A DNA stretch of 32,000 nucleotides from an uncultured Ruminococcus sp. (GCA_964466295.1 CAYXRC010000004.1:56677-88676); one strand, 5' to 3'; shown: positions 1-9,649, numbered from the stretch's first letter. A program made the numbers and translations. The notes: generated from the letters alone by a model not told the origin.

Positions 1-711
1 ATCCATATCTAAAGGGTACTGCATCGGAACGAAAAGCGGATAAATTTCGTATTTTTCAACCATATAGTCGCATAAAGACGCCATGACGGAGGAAAAATTA
101 TCTGCTGAATTTTTCCACGATCTTATAGATACCGCACACACCTTTGTCCCTTCGCCGACGCCTGCCCTATTCATAAAATACTTGCCGGTAAGAGTTTCCT
201 TTACGTTTATCGTAAACGCCGGGTCTGCGGTTATTATTATCTTCGGCTTTGTCACGTTAAGCTTTTTTAGCTCCTCGTCCGACTTATCGTCCCTTAAGGT
301 TATTAAATCAACCTTATTTAATATTTTTGCGGTCAGCGCCCGGTCGTACCTTCCGTTTATAGGTCCTATTCCGTTAGCGTAAAGCATGGTCTTTAATCCG
401 CATTTTTCCGCCAGAGCTATTATCATGAGATAATACTTAAGCGATTTGCTGCTTGTTACATCCTGAAGCAGGCTTCCTCCGCCGAAAATAAGCATTTTAG
501 CGCTTTTCATTTCTTTTTTTATTTTAAAGTAATTATAGCGGCTGACTGATTTTACCCCGTAATCACGGGCGGTTTCCTCAGGCGTTTTGGAAAGCACCGT
601 AAAAGAAGTGTCGGGTGACAGCTTTTTTATGGTGTTAAGAATTGCCCATAGCAATGCCTCGTCACCGCTGTTGGCAAAGCCGTGGTAACCGGAAATCACA
701 ATATCAGACAT
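1..711 (-). CDS. csaB: Polysaccharide pyruvyl transferase CsaB (N-terminal 237 aa; 3' end lies beyond the window start)
   Basis: Minus-strand frame is open from the ATG at 709-711 to position 1. It is absent from the ORF track because it has no stop in the window. My translation, MSDIVISGYHGFANSGDEALLWAILNTIKK...MLIFGGGSLLQDVTSSKSLKYY...LYANGIGP, carries the GY.GF.N.GDEA and GGGSLLQD.TS motifs typical of CsaB/PS_pyruv_trans enzymes. The start overlaps the upstream stop as TAATG. Confidence 0.75.
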   Translation of the reverse strand, partial: MSDIVISGYHGFANSGDEALLWAILNTIKKLSPDTSFTVLSKTPEETARDYGVKSVSRYNYFKIKKEMKSAKMLIFGGGSLLQDVTSSKSLKYYLMIIALAEKCGLKTMLYANGIGPINGRYDRALTAKILNKVDLITLRDDKSDEELKKLNVTKPKIIITADPAFTINVKETLTGKYFMNRAGVGEGTKVCAVSIRSWKNSADNFSSVMASLCDYMVEKYEIYPLFVPMQYPLDMD

Positions 712-2771
712 TATTTCATCTCCGAATCTGAGTTTTTAACTTTAGGCGCAATTGTCTTTATTATCCTTACCAACGCAAGATTTGCCACAAAAGCAAATAC
801 CGACATAACCGCTCCTATTAAAATTCCGTTCAACACCCTTGAATAAATTACCGTTAAATCCGTAAACACATGACAGAAGCTGTTCATGACAGACGCCGAT
901 AGTATTGACGAGCCTATTGCGAAAAACCATTGCACAAGCTTTATATTGGTGTTTCTCATATAATACACGAAAAGCACCAGCGACGGATAGCCTATTAAAA
1001 ATTCCTTCGTTCTCGGGCGTGCCGGGAAGGCGTTTGTTATAGCCGTTCTCATTGTCTGTTCAAGAGAGCTTATCTTATTTACGTTTCCGCTTCTTATTAT
1101 ATAGTACATACCGATTATTCCGATAAAGCCTCCGATAATAACCCAGTACACCTTTATATCCGCCTTAAGAACCTTGTTTAAGGCTACTCCCAGATGCTGT
1201 CTTTCATTCTTTTCGGTAGCCGCAAAGTAAAAGGCGCATGCGGTAAATAAAAGTGGTATAATTAACGAAAGCTTAATTCCGCGGAATATATAGTTATTAA
1301 CATAATAATCAACTCCCGAAAGCATCGCTCCCATTCCAAGCGCTCCCACGCACAAAATAGCAAGCATAACCGCCGTTACAAAAAGAGTTTCCGGAACGGT
1401 TTTTATGGATTTTTTAAGGCTTGAAGTCATCTTCATAACCGCAGTCACGGCAAAGCATGAAATCAAAAGACAGTAAACCGTGGGGTACAAAAGCACAAGC
1501 TTTAACGGCATTATAAACGTTGCGCCAAAGGCGAGAGCCGACACAACCAAAGCGGCAACGGTAAGCTTTTTATTTTTTATGTCGAAAATCATTTCAAGCA
1601 TCTTAAGGGCAAGCAAAATCATGATAACGGCGCAGCATGCCGACGGGAAGCTCACCTTCGTTTTGTAATCGAAGGCTTCAGGCTCCTCGCCGAATACAAA
1701 GCCGCACTTTTTCGCACGGTCAATATATTCCGATACCGCCTTTACCGTATAATCCGCACACTCATCATAGGTTACTCCGTCCGGGGCAATCTGAGTGATA
1801 GTTATAAACCTTATATTTCTGTCAACAGAGGAATTAAAGTACTGGCTTACCCTGTACTCATAGTGCGTATCCTCGTCCTGGGAATCGTCATAGGTTTCGT
1901 ATGACCTCAAAACCTTGTTGCTTCCGCCTTCGTCCATAACGGTATTAAATATATCGCTGTAGCCCAGGCACTTCTGATTTGAAAGCTGGTCGGTATTTTC
2001 CGTTACGACCAAGGTCATGTCGTTTTCGTTTATCATCCTGCCTATCCAGGTATAATTTGCCTTTATTATATCTTCCTTGTCATATTCCCTTACATAGCTT
2101 TTTATGTTAAAGTATTTAACGTTGTATTCCTTTACTATATCCTCTATATATTTAATATAATCCTGCTTTGAGTAATTCTTTACCTTGTATACAAGCGCAA
2201 TATCAAACCCCTTATCCTTAAGAGCTTTGATAACGTCCTTGTCGTAGCCCAAGGTAAAATTCCATAGCTTTTCCCTGCCGTCAAAAAATGCGTATACATC
2301 TATGCCGTCTACTCCGTCTATTTTGACATACTCGTTTTCCGAATACTTAAGTGGAATCATTTCGGCAAGCTTTTTCTTAGTTCTCTCGTTTTTCGTCATC
2401 AAAAGGTAAGAGTCATAGGAAACCATGGGATAATTTTCCCTTATATGCTCCGCTATCTTTATGCTTTCGTCCTCGTATTTGTGTCTTAAGACATTATATT
2501 TGATACAAGTAACCTCTCCCCTTGCTACAATACTGTTGATGTCTTCCTCCATAACCGATATGGTATTGACGCCGATTTTTTTGTAATAAGAGAGCATTTC
2601 GTCAAGCTTTACGGACGAAACCTTATTTTTTATGTCGTTATATAAAAGCGACATAACCACCTTATTATTTTTTTGTTCATTTTCCACACGCCGCACAACG
2701 GAAGGGATAAGCGCTAAAAACATCGCGGCAATTATTATCCATATTCCGAACTTTTCAGCTATTTTTTTCAT
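711..2771 (-). CDS. Large polytopic membrane protein of unknown function (DUF5693-like). It has one N-terminal TM, a soluble domain of roughly 345 aa, then about 9-10 TM helices.
   Basis: 686-aa ORF. It has an N-terminal hydrophobic helix (GIWIIIAAMFLALIPSVV), a hydrophilic block to about residue 370, and then a hydrophobic C-terminal half. It overlaps the murJ-like stop by 17 nt and is coupled to csaB by TAATG. The family name is from memory of csaB neighbourhoods and is not verified. Confidence 0.55.
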   Translation of the reverse strand: MKKIAEKFGIWIIIAAMFLALIPSVVRRVENEQKNNKVVMSLLYNDIKNKVSSVKLDEMLSYYKKIGVNTISVMEEDINSIVARGEVTCIKYNVLRHKYEDESIKIAEHIRENYPMVSYDSYLLMTKNERTKKKLAEMIPLKYSENEYVKIDGVDGIDVYAFFDGREKLWNFTLGYDKDVIKALKDKGFDIALVYKVKNYSKQDYIKYIEDIVKEYNVKYFNIKSYVREYDKEDIIKANYTWIGRMINENDMTLVVTENTDQLSNQKCLGYSDIFNTVMDEGGSNKVLRSYETYDDSQDEDTHYEYRVSQYFNSSVDRNIRFITITQIAPDGVTYDECADYTVKAVSEYIDRAKKCGFVFGEEPEAFDYKTKVSFPSACCAVIMILLALKMLEMIFDIKNKKLTVAALVVSALAFGATFIMPLKLVLLYPTVYCLLISCFAVTAVMKMTSSLKKSIKTVPETLFVTAVMLAILCVGALGMGAMLSGVDYYVNNYIFRGIKLSLIIPLLFTACAFYFAATEKNERQHLGVALNKVLKADIKVYWVIIGGFIGIIGMYYIIRSGNVNKISSLEQTMRTAITNAFPARPRTKEFLIGYPSLVLFVYYMRNTNIKLVQWFFAIGSSILSASVMNSFCHVFTDLTVIYSRVLNGILIGAVMSVFAFVANLALVRIIKTIAPKVKNSDSEMK

Positions 2772-4296
2772 TTTCAGCTTGTCCGCCTTTCTTTTCTCTT
2801 TTAATTATGTGCCCAAGCACGCCTGTTATGCATAAAAATACCGCATATACCGCTCCGCATGTCAAAAGCGGCGCAATAAACGATATATATCCGTGGGTAA
2901 ATTCAGGCACGGCAAAATTAAACACAATATAGCAAGCTACCGCCGCTATCCCGGATAAAGCAATCTTGGCCATGTCAGAAAGCGTTTCTTTATTAAGATA
3001 AGCGCCTATAACCTTTTTCATTTTCACTGCGATAAATATCCCGTAAGCCGTTAAAAGCAGTGCGGTAAATGCCGCAATTAAAACGGCGCTCAAGGAAACC
3101 GTGCCCACTTTACAAGGCGGTACAAAGCGCTTTATAAGTAAGTCGCCCACCGCATTTAATATAACCACCGCCAAGGTTCCCGAAACGGTATACTTATATT
3201 TACCGTCAAGGTACAAAACCTTATTGAAAAGCTCCTGTGCGGTATAGCCTAAAATCGCAAGGCAGTACATAAAAAATATCAGCGACACCGCAGCCGTGGA
3301 CTCTGATGTAAAAGCCCCTCTTTCATAAACCAAACGTATAACGTCGCCGCCGAAAAACGCCGCAACCAATAAAAACGGCAGGAAAATCGCAGTCATGACG
3401 GTCATAATATATCCTACAAGATCCTTTACATAGCAGATATTCCCCTCCTCGTAATTTTTTGAAACGGAGGGAAACACAACAGTAGACATGGCTACTATAA
3501 ACACGCTCGAAATCGTTATAAAGAGATTTGAAGCATAATTGAAGGTTGCCGCCATACCCGTGCTTGAGCTGACAAAAGCTCTGTCTATATAAATGCAAAG
3601 CTGGAACATCATATTCGATATGAATATCCACAAAATTTCGGGGTTTTTGTTTTTTTCAGACTTAAGCGCACCGCTTTTTTCTATGAAGGAATAGCCGTGT
3701 TTGTAAAACGAAGGAAGCTGTATGGCTATATGTAAAAACCAGCCCAAGGTAGTAACCGCCGCAACCGTAAGTATCGACACGTTTTCAAAAAACAGCGAAG
3801 CGATAATCGCCGCATTAAACGGAAGACTCATTACAGATGTGATAAAATAGACCTTTTTGTTCTGCAAAAGTCCGGAAATTATATAGGCTATTACCACAAA
3901 TACCAAGGACGGCGCCATAATATACATCATTTTTACGGCAAGAAAAAAATCATCGCCGGATATTTCGGGAAGTATCACATGCACGATAGGTCTTGCAAAT
4001 AGTGCCATAAGACCGGCGGCAAGAGTTAAATAAACCGTGCTTTTCCTTAAAAAATAAGCCGCATAGCTTCGCTCTGACCCGGCATTTTCGGCTTTGTTAA
4101 GATTTTTTATAACAAGAGTGGAAAGTGCCACTCCGATACCGGTAAAAATCAGATTTACAAGTCCGAATACCTGAAAATATATATCCGCCTCAACGCCGGT
4201 TCCGAAAACTCCGGCAAAGACCATATCCCTGTAAAATCCCAGTCCTTTTGCAAGAAGTATACCGATAACTACCATTATATAAGCGCTTCCGATCAT
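2755..4296 (-). CDS. murJ: MurJ/MviN-family (MOP superfamily) flippase
   Basis: 513-aa multi-TM ORF. The N-terminus, AKGLGFYRDMVFAGVFGTGVEADIYFQVF, resembles the MurJ signature (RilGf.Rd...A..FG.....DAf). RBS AAGGAGG lies 6 nt upstream of the ATG. Confidence 0.7.
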   Translation of the reverse strand: MIGSAYIMVVIGILLAKGLGFYRDMVFAGVFGTGVEADIYFQVFGLVNLIFTGIGVALSTLVIKNLNKAENAGSERSYAAYFLRKSTVYLTLAAGLMALFARPIVHVILPEISGDDFFLAVKMMYIMAPSLVFVVIAYIISGLLQNKKVYFITSVMSLPFNAAIIASLFFENVSILTVAAVTTLGWFLHIAIQLPSFYKHGYSFIEKSGALKSEKNKNPEILWIFISNMMFQLCIYIDRAFVSSSTGMAATFNYASNLFITISSVFIVAMSTVVFPSVSKNYEEGNICYVKDLVGYIMTVMTAIFLPFLLVAAFFGGDVIRLVYERGAFTSESTAAVSLIFFMYCLAILGYTAQELFNKVLYLDGKYKYTVSGTLAVVILNAVGDLLIKRFVPPCKVGTVSLSAVLIAAFTALLLTAYGIFIAVKMKKVIGAYLNKETLSDMAKIALSGIAAVACYIVFNFAVPEFTHGYISFIAPLLTCGAVYAVFLCITGVLGHIIKREKKGGQAENEKNS

Positions 4297-4357
4297 ATAA
4301 TTCCTCCTTAAAGAAAGCGTCCCTTATTTAAAAGGCACACCAAATGCCATTATACAT

Positions 4358-4386
4358 ATTTTATACCATATTAATTTATTAGTCAA
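4358..4386 (-). promoter_or_regulatory. Putative sigmaA promoter for the murJ-DUF5693-csaB operon
   Basis: The minus strand reads TTGACT (4381-4386), a 17-nt spacer, then TAAAAT (4358-4363). This sits about 60 nt upstream of the murJ ATG. Confidence 0.5.
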
Positions 4387-4406
4387 TCATTTCCTTAATT
4401 TTTTTA

Positions 4407-4435
4407 TTGCAAATTGCTCTTTATTGTATTAAAAT
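4407..4435 (+). promoter_or_regulatory. Putative sigmaA promoter for the phosphodiester glycosidase gene
   Basis: TTGCAA (4407-4412), a 17-nt spacer, then TAAAAT (4430-4435). This sits about 40 nt upstream of the start codon. Confidence 0.5.
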
Positions 4436-4476
4436 AAATTTAGAGAATAGAGAATAAAGAAAGGACAGTATATTTG

Positions 4477-7194
4477 ATGAAAAAAATTACAGCATTATTA
4501 TCCGCAGTCTTTCTCCTTTGCATGAATATATATGCTTCCGAGATATTTACCACAACAGAAACCTTTACTATTGCGGACGGCATCACCTTAACAAACGTAA
4601 AAAGCTTTTATTCCGACCATAATCTTACCTACTCGTATATAAAAGCCGACCTTTCAAACGAAAACGTAGGTCTTAGACTTTTAACGCCTCAGTCAGGCTT
4701 TGATACCTTAGACACGGTAGGAAACATTGCTGCGGCTAATCCCGATACCGTCGCCGCAATGAACGCCGACTTTTTTTCCACCGTTTCCGGCGGCAAGGCG
4801 CTTTCTTTAGGCATAGAGATTAAAAACGGCGAGCTTATTCAGTCACCCATAAATCCGGACACTATGGCGACAATTTACGAAAAAGACTCAGTCGTTGACA
4901 TGACCTATCTTGGCTTTAATATAATGGTTGTCGCTCCCAACTGGGAATACGCTCCCATAGCCCACCTAAACAAGCATACCACATATTACGGAAGTATCTT
5001 AATGTATACTAAAGAATTTAACGGCGGCTATTCTCCGGCTCCCGGCGGCGAGGTGGTTGAGGTTGTAGTGGAGGACGGTGTTGTCACGGAATTTCGCCGC
5101 AACATGCCTCCCTGCAAAATTCCCGAAAACGGCTGTGTTCTCGTGGTATCCGAGGGCTCGAGTATGTTTTTCGCAAATAACTTCTCCGTAGGGGATCCGA
5201 TAAAATTCGATTACTATGTTACTCCCGATATTCTTTCTTCGGATACCGCCTTCGGAGGTGGCGCCATGTTAGTATCCGAGGGCAAGGCTTTAACAAATTT
5301 CTCCCACGTTATATCCGGCTACAATCCGAGAAGCGCCATCGGCATAGATAAGAGCGGCAAAACCGTATATCTTGTAGCGGTAAACGGCAGATCCTCCGAA
5401 AGCCGTGGCATGACCATGAGCGAGCTTGCTCATCTTATGGCGGATCTGGGCTGCTATAAGGCGGTCAATTTAGACGGCGGCGGCTCTACCAATATGGTCG
5501 CCTCCACAATCTGGCAGGAGAAGCTTCACACGGTGAATAATCCCAGCGAAAACCGAAAGGTTGTAAACGCAGTAGGATTTTCATACACTGCCGAGCCGTC
5601 GGAGCCTTACGGAATCGAGTTAAAATCGGAACGTGATTCTGTTTTCATCGGTCAGTCTCTTAATGTATCCGCCGCTGTATATGATAAAAACAAACGTCCG
5701 ATAAGCGGCGAGGTTTCCTGGTCTTGCGACGGCGGAAGCATAACGAACGGAGTATTCACCGGCACTCGGGGCGGCACGGCGACCGTATACGCCTCCTGCG
5801 AAAACGCCTCGGGCTCCCTTGAGATTTGTGTCATAGACCGTATTGCCGGCATCAAGGCGCCCTCCTCCTTCGTTATGAGCGTAGGCGAATCGCAGAAATT
5901 AGAGCTTACTGTCTTTGACTCTTACGGTCATACCGACACGGTTTCAAACTATGCTCCTTTTACAATTTCATCTGCCGCCCCGGACGTAGCGTATGTTAAG
6001 GACGGGATTTTATACGCCGTAGGAAACGGTAGTACGGTTTTAAGTATAGCTAAGGATAACGCCGTAGCCTATATCGCCGTAGCTGTCGGAAGCGAGACTT
6101 ACGACTATTATGACGATTTTGAGTCTTTGACGGGAGAGTTCTCCTCCTACCCGGCTTACGTGGGGGGAGATTACTCCTCCTCCGACGAATATTACCGTTC
6201 GGGAAGCGCCTCGGGCAGACTTTACTATGATTTTACCGCCCAGACGAACGATACCAAAGCGGCATATTACACCCTCTCAGAGCCCGTAACGCTTGATAAT
6301 TCGGAAAACAAAATTTCTTTATATATCAAAACCGATGATAGCTTTTCGCACTCACTTAAAGTGCAGTTTAAGGACAAAAACGGCTCGGCATTAAGATTAA
6401 CTCTTAAACCTTCTGAAAACGGCGAAGAGTTTTCCCTTTACACAGCAGATATTCCGGACAGTGCTGAAAGACCTTTAACCCTCACAAAAATATATGTGGC
6501 CTCCCTTGCCGGAGAAATATGCGACGAAGGCTATGTCTACTTCGACGACCTTAAGTTTAAGGCTGTAAAAACGCCCTCTCTTCCCTATGCGCCCCAAAAT
6601 TTATATGACGATCCCATTTGCTCTTCTTCCGGAAGCGCCGTATTCAGAGTGGGAGCCGCCGAAACCTCGGGAACGCTTTTGTCAAAGCTTTCAAGGGAGA
6701 ATATGATAAATGCCTTAAAGGGCGCAGATAAGTTTGCCGTTTTCGGAGTAAACGATTCCTCCGCCGTAAACAGGCGCTCTGAATTTTATAAGCATGAGGA
6801 TGAAAACGCTCTTTACCTTAGCGTGAACGCCGGAACGGAGGGCATAAGAAAGGCCTCGTCCTCGCAATGGGATTTGATTATGAATGCGATAAATAATACC
6901 GATAAGAAAAATATATTTATACTTTCAGAAAATCCCATATTCTCATCGGACAGCTTTGAAAACGAAACTATAAAAAATATTTTCTCCTCCCTTCATGAAA
7001 ATGCCGGCAAAAATATTTTCGTTATCTTAAAGGGCAGTGAAAATTCTCTTTATATTATGGACAATGTAAGATATTTCACTCTCCGGGATATAGGAAAAAA
7101 TATGCCTCTGTCCGAAAAAATACAAAACTACTCGTATCTTGAGTTCTCCTTTGACGGCGAGGTTTCATACCGCTGGAAAACTCTTTGGCAGTAA
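4477..7194 (+). CDS. Secreted phosphodiester glycosidase (NAGPA/DUF2233-type) multidomain protein with Ig-like (Big_2-like) repeats and a CBM-like beta-sandwich region
   Basis: Signal peptide MKKITALLSAVFLLCMNIYASE. NAGPA-like motifs: AAMNADFF...G..LGIEIKNGE and AIGIDKSGKTVYLVAVNGRSSESRGMTMSELAHLMADLGCYKAVNLDGGGSTNMV. Two Ig-like segments follow (residues about 385-540), then a Tyr/Asp-rich jelly-roll-like segment. The ATG at 4477 is preferred over the track's TTG at 4474. Confidence 0.7.
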   Translation: MKKITALLSAVFLLCMNIYASEIFTTTETFTIADGITLTNVKSFYSDHNLTYSYIKADLSNENVGLRLLTPQSGFDTLDTVGNIAAANPDTVAAMNADFFSTVSGGKALSLGIEIKNGELIQSPINPDTMATIYEKDSVVDMTYLGFNIMVVAPNWEYAPIAHLNKHTTYYGSILMYTKEFNGGYSPAPGGEVVEVVVEDGVVTEFRRNMPPCKIPENGCVLVVSEGSSMFFANNFSVGDPIKFDYYVTPDILSSDTAFGGGAMLVSEGKALTNFSHVISGYNPRSAIGIDKSGKTVYLVAVNGRSSESRGMTMSELAHLMADLGCYKAVNLDGGGSTNMVASTIWQEKLHTVNNPSENRKVVNAVGFSYTAEPSEPYGIELKSERDSVFIGQSLNVSAAVYDKNKRPISGEVSWSCDGGSITNGVFTGTRGGTATVYASCENASGSLEICVIDRIAGIKAPSSFVMSVGESQKLELTVFDSYGHTDTVSNYAPFTISSAAPDVAYVKDGILYAVGNGSTVLSIAKDNAVAYIAVAVGSETYDYYDDFESLTGEFSSYPAYVGGDYSSSDEYYRSGSASGRLYYDFTAQTNDTKAAYYTLSEPVTLDNSENKISLYIKTDDSFSHSLKVQFKDKNGSALRLTLKPSENGEEFSLYTADIPDSAERPLTLTKIYVASLAGEICDEGYVYFDDLKFKAVKTPSLPYAPQNLYDDPICSSSGSAVFRVGAAETSGTLLSKLSRENMINALKGADKFAVFGVNDSSAVNRRSEFYKHEDENALYLSVNAGTEGIRKASSSQWDLIMNAINNTDKKNIFILSENPIFSSDSFENETIKNIFSSLHENAGKNIFVILKGSENSLYIMDNVRYFTLRDIGKNMPLSEKIQNYSYLEFSFDGEVSYRWKTLWQ

Positions 7195-7221
7195 ATTAAA
7201 GAAATAAATTTTAAAAAACTA

Positions 7222-7250
7222 TTGACAAAACAAATGTTCGCATTTATAAT
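7222..7250 (+). promoter_or_regulatory. recA sigmaA promoter (consensus)
   Basis: TTGACA (7222-7227), an exactly 17-nt spacer, then TATAAT (7245-7250). Confidence 0.75.
7228..7240 (+). promoter_or_regulatory. LexA/DinR (Cheo) box-like site 1, inside the promoter spacer
   Basis: AAACAAATGTTCG compared with the Firmicutes consensus CGAAC-N4-GTTCG gives one mismatch in the left half-site. Confidence 0.55.
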
Positions 7251-7260
7251 ATAAGAAAAG

Positions 7261-7274
7261 CGAATATTTGTTCC
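7261..7274 (+). promoter_or_regulatory. LexA/DinR (Cheo) box-like site 2, just downstream of the -10
   Basis: CGAATATTTGTTCC compared with CGAAC-N4-GTTCG gives one mismatch in each half-site. Confidence 0.55.
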
Positions 7275-7330
7275 CATTTAAATTCAGAGCTTAAATACTT
7301 TTAAGCCTTATTATGAAAGGATGTTTACTC

Positions 7331-8428
7331 ATGAAAAAAACAAGCACTGCCGCAAAGCCTGCCAATCAGACAAAGGAGGAAGCGCTTAAAAGCACTCTTG
7401 CACAGATAGAGAAAGAATACGGCAAAGGAACGATAATGAAGCTGGGCTCTACCGCAAACATGGAGGTTGAAGCGCTCTCTACCGGCATATTAAGCCTTGA
7501 TATTGCTCTCGGTATCGGCGGTCTGCCAAAGGGAAGAATTGTAGAGGTTTACGGTCCGGAATCCTCCGGTAAAACAACTCTGACTCTTTTAGTTGCCGCA
7601 CAATGCCAGAGAAATAAGGGCGTAGTGGCCTTTGTTGACGCCGAGCATGCCCTTGATCCCGAATACGCAAAGACCTTAGGCGTTGATATTGACGAGCTTT
7701 TGGTTTCACAGCCTGACACAGGCGAACAGGCTCTCGCCATAGTAGAAGCTCTTGTAAGGAGCAGTGCTGTGGATTTAATTATAGTAGACTCTGTTGCGGC
7801 ATTAGTTCCGAAAGCTGAAATTGACGGAGAAATGAGTGATCAGCAGGTGGGGCTTCAGGCAAGGCTTATGTCCAAGGCTCTCCGTAAGCTTGCCGGTATA
7901 ATCAATAAGACAAATACCATCGTTGTTTTTATAAATCAGCTTCGTGAGAAGGTAGGCGTTATGTTCGGAAATCCCGAAACTACCACGGGCGGTATGGCGC
8001 TTAAATTCTATTCCTCCGTAAGGCTTGATATAAGAAAGGGCGACGCTATTAAGGAAAGCGGCGCAATAATCGGCTCAAAGACTAAGGTTAAGGTTGTAAA
8101 AAATAAGGTTGCGCCTCCCTTTAAGAAGGCGGAATACGATATGATTTACGGTAAGGGCTTTGCTCCCGAGGGCGTTGTACTCGATATGGCGGTGGACGCC
8201 GATATTATAAATAAGTCCGGCGCATGGATTTCCTATAACGGCGATAAGATTGCACAGGGAAGAGAAAACGCAAAGCAGTACCTTATAGAGCATCCTGACG
8301 TATTTGCCGATGTAAAGGAAAAGGTGCTCCAGTACTATAAAACCTCCCCAACGGCATCGGCAGAAGAGGATATAATGGAGGCGGATTCAGAAGACTTAGG
8401 AGAAAATTCCGCTGAATTTGAAGAATAA
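7331..8428 (+). CDS. recA: Recombinase RecA
   Basis: Walker [10 protein letters not shown], plus [19 protein letters not shown] and [22 protein letters not shown]. The start is set at the second ATG (MKKTSTAAK), 9 nt after RBS AAAGGA. The track ORF starts at 7313. Confidence 0.97.
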   Translation: MKKTSTAAKPANQTKEEALKSTLAQIEKEYGKGTIMKLGSTANMEVEALSTGILSLDIALGIGGLPKGRIVEVYGPESSGKTTLTLLVAAQCQRNKGVVAFVDAEHALDPEYAKTLGVDIDELLVSQPDTGEQALAIVEALVRSSAVDLIIVDSVAALVPKAEIDGEMSDQQVGLQARLMSKALRKLAGIINKTNTIVVFINQLREKVGVMFGNPETTTGGMALKFYSSVRLDIRKGDAIKESGAIIGSKTKVKVVKNKVAPPFKKAEYDMIYGKGFAPEGVVLDMAVDADIINKSGAWISYNGDKIAQGRENAKQYLIEHPDVFADVKEKVLQYYKTSPTASAEEDIMEADSEDLGENSAEFEE

Positions 8429-8432
8429 TCAA

Positions 8433-8473
8433 AATACATGCTATTTTGTTCCAACAGCAAAACAGCATGTATT
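8433..8473. other. Long imperfect hairpin immediately after the recA stop
   Basis: AATACATGCTATTTTG (8433-8448), a 9-nt loop, then CAAAACAGCATGTATT (8458-8473). 15 of 16 positions pair. Confidence 0.6.
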
Positions 8474-8476
8474 CCG

Positions 8477-8508
8477 AAAAAAAACACCCGTAGATACGGG
8501 TGTTTTTA
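8477..8508. terminator. Bidirectional rho-independent terminator between convergent recA and ftsZ
   Basis: The stem is AAACACCCGTA GA TACGGGTGTTT. It is preceded by an A8 run (which reads as a T-run for the minus-strand ftsZ transcript) and followed by T5 (for recA). Confidence 0.8.
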
Positions 8509-8512
8509 TGTA

Positions 8513-9571
8513 TCAGTCTAAATTTGGCCTTTTAAGAAAGCCGGGAATCTGAGGATAACCGTCGTCGTCACTGTCAAGTCCGAATATGGAATCAGTCTTT
8601 TTCTTCTTTTCCTTACCCTCAAAGCCTGTTGCAATAACGGTTATGGAAATATCGTCGCCCATGGATTCGTCGGTTATCATGCCCATCTTAAAGAACACAT
8701 TGGGATCGGCATAGCTCTGAACAAGCTCGGCCGCCTCGTTAACCTCGAACAGAGAAAGGTCGCTGTTACCGCTTATGCACATAAGTATGCCTGTGGCACC
8801 CTCGATATTTGTTTCAAGCAAGGGCGTTTCGATAGCCGCCTTGGCGGCAAGCTCTGCTCTGTTCTCGCCGGAAGCCCGTCCGATTCCGAAATGAGCACAG
8901 CCTGCGTCCTTCATTACGCTTGTAACATCGGCAAAGTCCGCATTCATGAAGCCGACATTTCCGATAAGCTCGGTTATACCCTGAACGCCCTGACGAAGTG
9001 CTTCATCAGCCATAACAAAAGCGTCTCTTAAGCTTGTCTTGGCACTTCCGATCGTCAAAAGCTTATCGTTGGGAATAACAACTATCGTATCAACATTAGC
9101 CTTCAAATTCTCAATTCCATCAAGAGCCTTGTCCATTCTTCTCTTACCTTCAAACTGGAAAGGCTTAGTAACTATTCCTACCGTTAAAATGCCCTTCTGC
9201 TTTGCAATTCCTGCAATAACAGGAGCCGCTCCGGTACCTGTTCCGCCGCCCATTCCGGCAGCAATGAACACCATATCCGCTTTTTCAATAATCTTTTCAA
9301 TTTCTGCAGCAGACTCCTCAGCAGCTTTTTTACCAACCTCAGGATCCGAGCCGGCACCCTGTCCCTTTGTCACCTTTTCGCCTATCTGAAGCGTTATATC
9401 AGCCTTTGAGCATTTAAGCGACTGAGCGTCGGTATTTACGGCGATAAACTCAACATGCTTAACTCCGGCGTCAATCATTCTGTTTACGGCGTTATTTCCG
9501 CCGCCGCCTACTCCGATTACTTTTATAACCTGTGTTTCTTCCGAATTATTCATTTTATTATCTTCCGGCAT
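8513..9571 (-). CDS. ftsZ: Cell division GTPase FtsZ
   Basis: [13 protein letters not shown], the tubulin signature [11 protein letters not shown], and the C-terminal peptide IPGFLKR. The start is set at MPEDNK, 8 nt after AAGGAGG. The track ORF extends 7 codons further, to 9592. Confidence 0.97.
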   Translation of the reverse strand: MPEDNKMNNSEETQVIKVIGVGGGGNNAVNRMIDAGVKHVEFIAVNTDAQSLKCSKADITLQIGEKVTKGQGAGSDPEVGKKAAEESAAEIEKIIEKADMVFIAAGMGGGTGTGAAPVIAGIAKQKGILTVGIVTKPFQFEGKRRMDKALDGIENLKANVDTIVVIPNDKLLTIGSAKTSLRDAFVMADEALRQGVQGITELIGNVGFMNADFADVTSVMKDAGCAHFGIGRASGENRAELAAKAAIETPLLETNIEGATGILMCISGNSDLSLFEVNEAAELVQSYADPNVFFKMGMITDESMGDDISITVIATGFEGKEKKKKTDSIFGLDSDDDGYPQIPGFLKRPNLD

Positions 9572-9606
9572 ATTTTTTGCCTCCTTATGCAATTTTACTA
9601 TTATAT

Positions 9607-9633
9607 ATTATAACATTTTTTCAATTTTGTCAA
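9607..9633 (-). promoter_or_regulatory. Putative ftsZ-proximal promoter with an extended -10
   Basis: The minus strand reads TTGACA (9628-9633), a 15-nt spacer, then TGTTATAAT (-10 TATAAT at 9607-9612). It lies in the 78-bp ftsQ-ftsZ gap. Confidence 0.5.
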
Positions 9634-9649
9634 TGACAAATAAGTTTTT

